A stretch of DNA of 64,000 bases, from NCBI GenBank assembly GCA_965248575.1, contig CBDFJQ010000002.1, forward strand, positions 4,224,001 to 4,288,000, given 5' to 3'. The stretch comes from Planctomycetota bacterium (GTDB lineage: Bacteria; Planctomycetota; B15-G4). Position 1 is the stretch's first letter. Every line of letters begins with the position of its first letter. The position numbers and the translations under genes are program-made. The notes under the pieces are model-generated. The model was given only the letters and a program-made list of their open reading frames with translations, searched no databases and had not been told where the DNA came from. This document shows, piece after piece, positions 12,801-19,903 of the stretch.

Positions 12801-13742
12801 CTGCTGGAGGCTGCGGGGATCCAACATGACATCGTCTGGAGCCGAGGCGTCGTGCCTGCGGGCGACCCGGAGCCGGAGCCACCCTTCAAGGAGCTCGGGC
12901 GCCTTCAGAACGAGTTGCTCGTGCTCGTCCAGCCGGAGGATGGCCCCGAGGTGTGGTGCGACATGAGTTCGCGCACCTTGCCGTTCGGGGAGCTGATGGG
13001 CGACACGCCCGGTGCTCACGGCTTCGCCGTCCTGGCGGGCCGGCCGCTTCGTCTTCCCGAGGGGCGTGTCGAGGACCGCCCCGGCGTTGCCGTCCACCTC
13101 GACGTGCGCCTTGCTGAGGATGGATCTGGTCAGGTCTCTGGCGAGTTGGCCTACCTCGGCGGCTGGGGATTCGCGGTGAAGCAACAGGTGCGGGAGGCGC
13201 CCGAGATCCACCATCGGAGCATCGTCGAGAGCATCGCGGCCGGCGTGTTGCCCGGCCTTGAGCTCGCCGACTACTCCATCGTCGGGCTGAAGGACGACCA
13301 GCGCCTGGCCTTCCGCTTCGAGGGTCACGCGCCCCGCTTCCTGGATGGGGAGGGGGGGCGGCCGCTGCCCATCCGGCGCCTGGACCTCACGGCGGGCCTG
13401 GCCATCGACGGGGAGCGCAGCTTGCCCTACCTGCAAGATGGCGTGAACGCCGAGCTGGCCACCGTGGTCCTGCACCTGCCGCAGGGCATGCAGCTCGAGG
13501 GTCCGCCGACGGGGCTGCGGGACGGATACGAGGGCCAGTCCTACGAGCTCTCCATCGAGCGGTCTGGCCAGCCGTCGAGCGGCACGGATGGGGAGACAAG
13601 CGGGGACTCATGGACTCTTTCCAGGCGATTCGACTCCATGCCGTTTTCGATCCCGCCCGAGGACTACCCCGAGCTGCTGCGCTTCTCCCGGCGCGTGGAT
13701 GAAGCGGAACGGGCGTGGCTCCGATTCTCCAGGGATCCCTAG
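9846..13742 (+). CDS. Large lipoprotein, TPR + DUF3857-like + degenerate transglutaminase-like domain
   Basis: ATGA overlap with the upstream gene. Lipobox LLAAC. Same architecture (YDVLGPLG, VLREGRNQLLLR, TPRs, PQLEPGDFVE). The catalytic region reads SKSGNPVVLYAALL, with no Cys. Confidence 0.8.
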   Translation: MTQSLIRSSTQPSQRTVRWLGSALGVVLLAACTELPRADSAPAQAEAQANAAARTERPPPAVDRVAADMEAWAGELVAPAAGRFGQRDAIVAHWLSMVAQSPAHPLAEAALRLAGAARADLDDPPAYRRAVMALGSPSGLSATARAVLNRLQAAARIAEAPTTPDAADQFPAVLSHYDVLGPLGPVQNPIAVALSPAILAEAGFDRSHQGVFGDVRWHPVRRSPFEGAVDPTDVLDSSSGWYLLAARFDVPRGGPATLEINLGSGAGSSVEGPAGALFSFGSSSFSRLPPTASFAYSLNGAASTTVDSWRAERSARTRVPVVLREGRNQLLLRMRASYNGGLLLAVRDQKGNAYPGLNGSHVAADLGVLSEGGEAAPPTESSESVLLAMDERGPASEALLGLLQLLDRRPAQGLNRMQDAWAQLAALEAVEGEVSPIAVPLAAQLAGILLQVSYLPESWRRARARELVEWVLEQDPDHLPMGMAMARILTQEDRDEDALAELDRLSVLHAGSGRVLLELARVLGILGLEARQEAVLAEAVQRVPHSPAALLSLARQMSRYSTDRLAAPLRERARLASGQSPQRLEQRARELARGGQAAAADQAWADAMIRDSSRSRRFRHADFLLSTHRLDGAELSFRELVEEFPGWARPWARLADVALERGDVENQRAALYEVQALDPSDRPTRDRLSDLGVPDPVLQLRDRFLLTSEQAMALYTETDRDDSVVRLLDQAVVKLFPDGSAETVTHEIVQVRDLAACEQEGELRLGGEVLRVATLKRETGEAFEPVRVAGSYVMPQLEPGDFVERITRARTSGASLVVRPGRWFFRSVSEPFVVSRYVVAVPRSLDLRLEMGGEVEHVEAHEVGDDVVHVFESREQARVLLEPGAAPVSWFLPWVEFGMDDDMAARAAVYRSQLLPFLEVTPELERALADVSEAMDPIAAGRQSELARALHQFVNEVLVQRSNGPVPAVQALLSKSGNPVVLYAALLEAAGIQHDIVWSRGVVPAGDPEPEPPFKELGRLQNELLVLVQPEDGPEVWCDMSSRTLPFGELMGDTPGAHGFAVLAGRPLRLPEGRVEDRPGVAVHLDVRLAEDGSGQVSGELAYLGGWGFAVKQQVREAPEIHHRSIVESIAAGVLPGLELADYSIVGLKDDQRLAFRFEGHAPRFLDGEGGRPLPIRRLDLTAGLAIDGERSLPYLQDGVNAELATVVLHLPQGMQLEGPPTGLRDGYEGQSYELSIERSGQPSSGTDGETSGDSWTLSRRFDSMPFSIPPEDYPELLRFSRRVDEAERAWLRFSRDP

Positions 13743-13846
13743 GTAGCCGTCGGCGGCAGCCCACTGCGGAGGGGATGCTCCCGGACGTTGACCCTCCTAG
13801 GGGCCGCCAGCTACCGTCACTGCGTTCGCCCGCTCGGATCGAAATC

Positions 13847-14224
13847 ATGCATCGCGTTCACTTTCGTAAAGAAAACATCACTGCCTACGTGGCCGATGGG
13901 ACCAACCTGCGCCAGTCCTGCATCGACGCTGGCATCGACCCCTACCCCGCTCTGGGGGGGCTGGTGTCCTGTCGCGGCAAGGGCTTCTGCGGTACCTGCG
14001 CGGTTCACATCGATGATCCCGGGGCGCTGAGCCCTGCTTCCAAGCGCGAGGCCAAGTTCCTCAAGCGGCTCCAGCCCGAGTTGGCGGGCGAGCTGCGGCT
14101 GAGCTGCCAGGCGGAGATCAAGGGGCCGGTGACGGTCGGGACCAATCCGAACATGAAGGAGGGTTGGAAGAAGCACGGCTTCTACTCCGGCCGCTATGTG
14201 CCGGCTTGGAAGGCTTCGTCTTGA
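13847..14224 (+). CDS. 2Fe-2S ferredoxin
   Basis: SCRGKGFCGTC...RLSCQ cysteine pattern; start MHRVHF at 13847. Confidence 0.9.
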   Translation: MHRVHFRKENITAYVADGTNLRQSCIDAGIDPYPALGGLVSCRGKGFCGTCAVHIDDPGALSPASKREAKFLKRLQPELAGELRLSCQAEIKGPVTVGTNPNMKEGWKKHGFYSGRYVPAWKASS

Positions 14225-15327
14225 GCCGCGCGGTGGTGGCCCGTCGCTGGTCAGTGCTTGCCGTCGCAGCTTGCCTCTCTTGGTTGGGGGCCTGCTCCAG
14301 CCTGCCTGCTTGCGATGGATGCGAGAGCTGGGAACGCGTGCTGGATGAGAGTTCGCCGGACCGCGTTCTGCCTGGGGAGTCCCACCTCAGCAACGTGCAG
14401 CAGATCACCTTTGGGGGTGAGAACGCCGAGGCCTACTGGTCCTTCGACGACCGCTTCCTGATCTTCCAGTCCACACGGGACGATCTCGGTTGCGATCAGA
14501 TCTTCAGCTTGGAGCTGGCCAGCGGCGAGTTGACCCAGTTGACGAACTCGGGGCGGACGACGTGCGCCTACTTCCTGCCGGACAGTGAGCGGGTGTTGTT
14601 CGCGTCCACGCACGCCACGAGCAGTGAGTGCCCGCCGGTCCCCGACCGCAGCAAGGGCTATGTCTGGCCGCTCTACGACAGCTACGAGATCTACACCGCT
14701 GAGCGCGATGGTTCCGGCCTGGTGAACATCACCAACAGCCGCGGCTATGACGCCGAGGCCACCGTGGCCCGGGATGGCACCATCGTCTTCACCTCGGATC
14801 GCTCCGGCGATCTCGAGCTCTGGACGATGAACTCCGAAGGCGGTGACCTGAAGCAGCTCACCGACACGCCTGGCTACGACGGCGGAGCCTTCTTCAACCG
14901 GGATGGATCCAAGATTGTCTGGCGGGCCAGCCGTTTCGAGGATCCGGCTACGGAAGCGGAGTACTTCCGCTTGCTCGGTGAGGGGATCATCCGGCCCTCA
15001 CAGCTGGAAGTCTTCGTCGCCGATGCGGACGGTTCCAACGTGCGCCAGATCACCGACAACAGTGCGGCGAACTTCGGCCCGTTCTTCACGCCTGACGGCG
15101 AGTCGGTGGTGTTCTCCAGCAACCTCGGGGACCCGCGAGGCCGGATTTTCGAGATCTGGAAGGTCGATCTCGACGGCAGCAACCTCGAGCAGGTGACGCA
15201 CAACGGCGAGTCCTTCGACGGTTTCCCGATGTTCTCGTGGTGTGGCGGCCGGCTGGCCTTTGCAAGCAACCGCAATGCCACGGGCGCGCACGACACCAAC
15301 GTGTTCATTGCCGATTGGACACCCTGA
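14221..15327 (+). CDS. TolB-like (PD40-repeat) beta-propeller lipoprotein
   Basis: Lipobox WLGAC; GENAEAYWSFD, GYDAEATV, GYDGGAFF and FDGFPMFS repeats. TTG start overlapping the ferredoxin stop is assumed. Confidence 0.85.
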   Translation: MSRAVVARRWSVLAVAACLSWLGACSSLPACDGCESWERVLDESSPDRVLPGESHLSNVQQITFGGENAEAYWSFDDRFLIFQSTRDDLGCDQIFSLELASGELTQLTNSGRTTCAYFLPDSERVLFASTHATSSECPPVPDRSKGYVWPLYDSYEIYTAERDGSGLVNITNSRGYDAEATVARDGTIVFTSDRSGDLELWTMNSEGGDLKQLTDTPGYDGGAFFNRDGSKIVWRASRFEDPATEAEYFRLLGEGIIRPSQLEVFVADADGSNVRQITDNSAANFGPFFTPDGESVVFSSNLGDPRGRIFEIWKVDLDGSNLEQVTHNGESFDGFPMFSWCGGRLAFASNRNATGAHDTNVFIADWTP

Positions 15328-15328
15328 G

Positions 15329-16603
15329 ATGAACGATGTCGTCGCGGTGATCATGGGCGGTGGCCAAGGCACGCGACTGTTCCCGCTGACTCGTGACCGG
15401 GCCAAGCCTGCAGTTCCAGTGGCTGGTCGTATCCGCCTGATCGACATCCCCCTCAGCAACTGCATCAACTCGGACATCTTGCGCGTGCGAGTGCTGACGC
15501 AGTTCAATTCGGCTTCGCTCAACCGGCACATCTCCCAGACGTACTACTTCGGCTTGTTCAGCCGTGGCGGCGTGGATGTGATCGCGGCTGAGCAGACCAT
15601 GTCCAACCGCAACTGGTTCCAGGGCACGGCGGACGCCGTCCGTCGCTCGCTGCGCCATGTGCTTGACGCGCGCACCCGGCTCGTGCTGATCCTGGCCGGC
15701 GACCATCTCTACCGGATGAACTACCGCAACTTCATCAACCGACACGATGAGAGCCATGCGGATGTGACCATCAGCGTTTGCCCGGTCTCCGAGCAGCATG
15801 CGTCCAGCTTCGGCCTGCTGCATGTGGATGAGCAGGGCATGGTGACGAGCTTCGCCGAGAAGCCTACCGGTGAGGCGCTCGAAGCCATGCGCGTCGACCC
15901 GACGAAGGCCGTCGCCGGTGGAAGGGCTCCCGGGGCACCCTTCCTGGCGTCGATGGGGATCTACATCTTCTCGCCCTGGGTGCTGGAAGAGCTGCTCGCC
16001 GCGAACCCCGAAGCCAACGACTTCGGGAAGGAGATCATCCCGGCAGCTCTCGACAAGTACCGCGTGGCCGTGCACTACTTCCAGGGATACTGGGAGGACA
16101 TCGGAACCATCGATTCCTTCTACCGCGCGAACATCGCGTTGGCGAAACCCGGACAGTTCAGCCTCTATGACCCGGATTTTCCGCTCTACACGCGGCCCCG
16201 GTATCTCTCTCCGACCCGCTTCAATGACTCCGAGGTGAAGGAGAGTCTGATCGCGGAGGGCAGTGTGATCGGCAAGTCGATCATCCACAACAGCGTCGTG
16301 GGGATCCGCTCCATCGTGCAGAACGGCTGCACGTTGGACGGGGCGATGATCATGGGCAACGACTTCTACGAGACCGAGACGGAGCGTGCGGCCTCCATCG
16401 CGCGCGGAATCCCTCCGCTCGGGATCGGGGAGAACACCGTCATCCGCAAGGCGATCCTGGACAAGAACAGCCGGATCGGCTCCGACGTGCGCATCGTCAA
16501 CGAGAAGGGCCTGCAGGATTTCGACGGCAACTGCTACTACATCCGCGACGGGGTGGTGATCATCCCGAAGGACGAGATGGTGCCCGACGGCACGGTGATC
16601 TAG
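15329..16603 (+). CDS. glgC: Glucose-1-phosphate adenylyltransferase (ADP-glucose pyrophosphorylase)
   Basis: GGGQGTRLFPLT..RAKPAVP, WFQGTADAVR, LILAGDHLYRM, FAEKP, DFGKEIIP, YWEDIGT. Confidence 0.96.
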   Translation: MNDVVAVIMGGGQGTRLFPLTRDRAKPAVPVAGRIRLIDIPLSNCINSDILRVRVLTQFNSASLNRHISQTYYFGLFSRGGVDVIAAEQTMSNRNWFQGTADAVRRSLRHVLDARTRLVLILAGDHLYRMNYRNFINRHDESHADVTISVCPVSEQHASSFGLLHVDEQGMVTSFAEKPTGEALEAMRVDPTKAVAGGRAPGAPFLASMGIYIFSPWVLEELLAANPEANDFGKEIIPAALDKYRVAVHYFQGYWEDIGTIDSFYRANIALAKPGQFSLYDPDFPLYTRPRYLSPTRFNDSEVKESLIAEGSVIGKSIIHNSVVGIRSIVQNGCTLDGAMIMGNDFYETETERAASIARGIPPLGIGENTVIRKAILDKNSRIGSDVRIVNEKGLQDFDGNCYYIRDGVVIIPKDEMVPDGTVI

Positions 16604-16643
16604 GGGCACCGCGGACGCGGGGGAACGCTCAGGGAACGGAAGC

Positions 16644-17399
16644 ATGAGTTCCGAATCGGACGCATGGGACCCCCAGGGCGAGGCCATGTTGGACCACCTG
16701 GAAGGGCGCCGCCCAGCGCTGGTGCGTGTGCACGTCGTCGGTGAGGACGAGGACGTGCACCCCCCGGAGCTGGTGGATGCCGCGGATTTCTTCCGCGATG
16801 CCCAGCAGATGGAGCCTTGGGAGCTGACCGCCTTGGATCTGTGCGTCGGCAAGGTGTTGGACGTGGGAGCGGGGGCGGGCTGTCACGCGCTCGAGCTGCA
16901 GGCTCGCGGGGTGGAGGTCCTGGCCATCGATCGCTGCGAGGGCCATGTGGAGGTCATGCGCCGGCGGGGAGTGCGGGAGGCCCAACGAGCGCGTCCAGAG
17001 GACCTGGCGTCGGGGGCTGGGAGCTTCCGCACGCTGCTGCTGCTGATGCATGGACTCGGACTCGCTGGCGACACGGACGGGCTGCGTCGGCTGCTTGAGG
17101 CTGCCGATGCGCTGCTGGAGCCCGGGGGATGTCTCCTGCTCGACTCCCGAGACCCGGGTTCCGCCTGCGAAGACGCACCCCGTGCGGGGCTGAGCGCGGA
17201 GGGCGATCTGGGTGAGCCAGGCTTCGCCGTGGCCGAACTGCAGCTGGAATACGCAGGCAGACGGGGGGCGAGCTTCGGCTGGCTCTTCGGCGGAGCCGCT
17301 GCCGTGGCGCGGCTCGCTGCAGAGCAGGGCTGGCTGACGGAGGTGGTCTGGGCCGAGGACGAGGGGCGCTACCTCGCGCGCATCAGCCGTTCCGGCTGA
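16644..17399 (+). CDS. Class I SAM-dependent methyltransferase
   Basis: Motif I VLDVGAGAGCHALELQ, VLAID, LLEPGGCLLLDS. Confidence 0.88.
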   Translation: MSSESDAWDPQGEAMLDHLEGRRPALVRVHVVGEDEDVHPPELVDAADFFRDAQQMEPWELTALDLCVGKVLDVGAGAGCHALELQARGVEVLAIDRCEGHVEVMRRRGVREAQRARPEDLASGAGSFRTLLLLMHGLGLAGDTDGLRRLLEAADALLEPGGCLLLDSRDPGSACEDAPRAGLSAEGDLGEPGFAVAELQLEYAGRRGASFGWLFGGAAAVARLAAEQGWLTEVVWAEDEGRYLARISRSG

Positions 17400-17424
17400 G
17401 ACGGTCCTCACAGGCTGAGAGGGC

Positions 17425-18324
17425 TCAGCGTGGGAGCAGGGAGTCGTGCACGAGGCCGACCCACATGTCTGGGGCCATGAAGCCACCGCCCCACTTGGCG
17501 TCCAGCTCCGCGGTGGGTTTGGCGGCCACGATCTCCTCGGCCGACTTGCCCTCTGCCATGAGGGCGGCGATGGCGTCGCGCGCCGTCACCAGCATGCCGC
17601 GGTAGTCCCGAAGGTCATCCGGCGTGGCGAGCTCTCCATGCCCCGGGATGATCTTCGTGTCTCCATCGCAGAGGGCCAGGACCTGGTCGGCGGCATCAAT
17701 GACACCCTGGATACGCCCGCCGCTCGAGGTGTCGATGAAGGGGTAGTTGCCATGGAAGAAGGTGTCGCCCATGTGGAACACATTGGCGTCAACGAAGTGC
17801 AGGATCACGTCGCCGTCGGTGTGGGCTGGCTCCACGTGGAAGGCCCGGATGGTGTCGCCGTTCCAGTGGAAGCTGACGGTGTCCGTGAACGTGATCTTGG
17901 GCAGGGCAGCCTCGGGTGAAGCGGGAACCCGGTTGTTGAACGTCTCCATGAACTGTTCGGTGCTCATGCGTACGCGCACGTTGTCGTGAGCGACGAGCAC
18001 GACGCCCTTCTTGCCCATGTTCTCGTTGCCGCCGGTGTGATCGCCGTGCCAGTGGGTGTTCACCAGGTAGCGCACCGGCTCGTCGGTGAGCGTCGCGACG
18101 GTGGCCAGGATCGTGTCGGTGAAGGGCGCGAACTGATCATCGATGAGGAAGGCGCCGTCGGGACCGGTGGACAGGCCGATGTTTCCGCCCTGGCCCATCA
18201 GCATGGAGACATTGCCCGCAACGGGAACGACACGGATCTGGACTTCATCCTGCTGAGCGACCGCGAACGAGAGGGCTGCGCATGTCGCGAGCGCCAGGCT
18301 GGGAAGCACGAAACGGTTCTGCAT
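17425..18324 (-). CDS. Secreted metallo-beta-lactamase-fold hydrolase (cyclase-like)
   Basis: Signal peptide MQNRFVLPSLALATCAALSFAVA; THWHGDHTGGN, PAHTDGD, HMGD, IPGHG. Confidence 0.9.
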   Translation of the reverse strand: MQNRFVLPSLALATCAALSFAVAQQDEVQIRVVPVAGNVSMLMGQGGNIGLSTGPDGAFLIDDQFAPFTDTILATVATLTDEPVRYLVNTHWHGDHTGGNENMGKKGVVLVAHDNVRVRMSTEQFMETFNNRVPASPEAALPKITFTDTVSFHWNGDTIRAFHVEPAHTDGDVILHFVDANVFHMGDTFFHGNYPFIDTSSGGRIQGVIDAADQVLALCDGDTKIIPGHGELATPDDLRDYRGMLVTARDAIAALMAEGKSAEEIVAAKPTAELDAKWGGGFMAPDMWVGLVHDSLLPR

Positions 18325-18367
18325 GTCGGGGACCTTTGGTGGGGCGGTGCTGGTGTGAAGGGGCCGG

Positions 18368-19804
18368 CTAGACCTCTTCGGAGAGGCGCTCGATCTCGTC
18401 CAAGAGGGCGTGCGTGTCTTCGACGCTGGTCTCCGCATTGACAAAGACCATGCGGTAGGCCGGCCAGTCATCGACGGTTGCGTAGTTCACCAGGAACTGG
18501 CCTTTCTCGCAGAGCTTGGCGCGGCTGGCGGTGGTGCAGGCGGAGAGGGGCTCGTTCAGCTCATCAGCCGCGAGATGTCGCAGGCGCTGGGGGACGTAGC
18601 GGAAGCAGACGTTGATGGAATTCAGCTCTCTGGCCAGCTCGAAGCCGGGCCGGGCCTGCAACTCGTCACTGAACTGGGACGCCATCTGGAAGAAGTGATC
18701 CACACGGCGCGCGAAGCCTTCATCACCGTGGGATTGCCAGGAGAACCAGAGCTTCAGGGCGTCCACGCGACGCCCGCACTGCAGGCTGAGTTCGCCGAGG
18801 TCGTAGCAGGCGTCCGTGTCGCTGTGGAAGAGGTAATCGGCACCCATGCCGTTGGTGGAGCAGAGGTTGCCGCTCGTCTTCATGAGGGTGGCTGAACATG
18901 CCAGCGGCACACCCATCATCTTGTGGGGATTCCAGGTCACGGAGTCGGCGCGCTCGACCCCGCGCATCAGGCTGCGGTGTCGGGACGAGAACAGCACCGT
19001 GCCTCCGAGCGAGGCGTCGACATGCAACCAGAGCTTGTGGTGCTCGCTGACGTCGGCGAGCTTGTCGATCGGGTCGAAGGCCCCCGCCACGGTGGTGCCT
19101 GCAGTGGCAGCGACCAGGAACGGCGTCTGGCCCTCGGCAAGCGCCGCTTGCACGGCCCGCTCAAGCGCGTCCGGCAACATGCAGCCCTGCGCATCACAGG
19201 CCACTTCGATAGCCGCGTCCGTCCCCAGGCCCATCACGGCAGCGGCGCGTGCCAGGGAGTAGTGGGCTTCGTTGGACACGAAGAAGACAGGCTTGTCGGT
19301 GGCGCGGTGTCCCTCTTTCTTCACGTGCGGGAACGCGCGGTGGCGCGCCGCAAGCACGGACATCAGGTTGCTGATGCTGCCGCCGGGGGCGAAGACGCCT
19401 TCGCCGTGTTCGAAGCCCACCAGATCGTTCATGCGGCGGATCAACTGCGCCTCCATGAGCGTGGCGACGGGCGCGGCCTCGTAGGTGTACATGGACGTGT
19501 TGATCAGGGCCGTGATCCACTCACCCAGGATGGCCGCAGGGTCGGAGCCACCGAACAACTGATTGAAGAAGCGAGGGTGGCCGGTGCGGACGCTGTAGGC
19601 GAGCACCTGTTCCATGTCGCCGATCAAGTCGGAGAGCGGCCTACCTTGGGCGCGCAGGCCGAGCCCGAGGACCTCCTGCAGGTCGGTGGGCGGCAGGGGC
19701 CGGGCGACCGGGGTGGACGGGTCGTGATGGGAGGCCAGGTACTCGCTCGCCAGCTGGGCAGCACGTTGGAGTGTGGCGTCGATTTCGGTACCGAGCAGGG
19801 GCAT
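18368..19804 (-). CDS. Group II PLP-dependent amino acid decarboxylase, CSAD/GAD-like
   Basis: VRTGHPRFFNQLF, NTSMYTYEAAPV, PGGSISN, TAGTTVAGAFDP, WLHVDA, SVTWNPHK (PLP Lys), QCGRRVDALKLW. Confidence 0.9.
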   Translation of the reverse strand: MPLLGTEIDATLQRAAQLASEYLASHHDPSTPVARPLPPTDLQEVLGLGLRAQGRPLSDLIGDMEQVLAYSVRTGHPRFFNQLFGGSDPAAILGEWITALINTSMYTYEAAPVATLMEAQLIRRMNDLVGFEHGEGVFAPGGSISNLMSVLAARHRAFPHVKKEGHRATDKPVFFVSNEAHYSLARAAAVMGLGTDAAIEVACDAQGCMLPDALERAVQAALAEGQTPFLVAATAGTTVAGAFDPIDKLADVSEHHKLWLHVDASLGGTVLFSSRHRSLMRGVERADSVTWNPHKMMGVPLACSATLMKTSGNLCSTNGMGADYLFHSDTDACYDLGELSLQCGRRVDALKLWFSWQSHGDEGFARRVDHFFQMASQFSDELQARPGFELARELNSINVCFRYVPQRLRHLAADELNEPLSACTTASRAKLCEKGQFLVNYATVDDWPAYRMVFVNAETSVEDTHALLDEIERLSEEV

Positions 19805-19903
19805 GACGGGGCCTGGATGTGCGGGAAACGCCCCAAACTTGCATCCAGAGACCGGGCGCTCCACTGGGGAGCTCCGCCAGCGACGGCGGGTTAAGCCCCC
19901 ATC

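Noticed and set aside
17425..18324. MBL-fold protein as the beta-lactamase regulated by the BlaI/M56 modules
   Set aside because: It lies 25 kb away, no BlaI-type operator was seen upstream, and it resembles the widespread cyclase-like MBL hydrolases.
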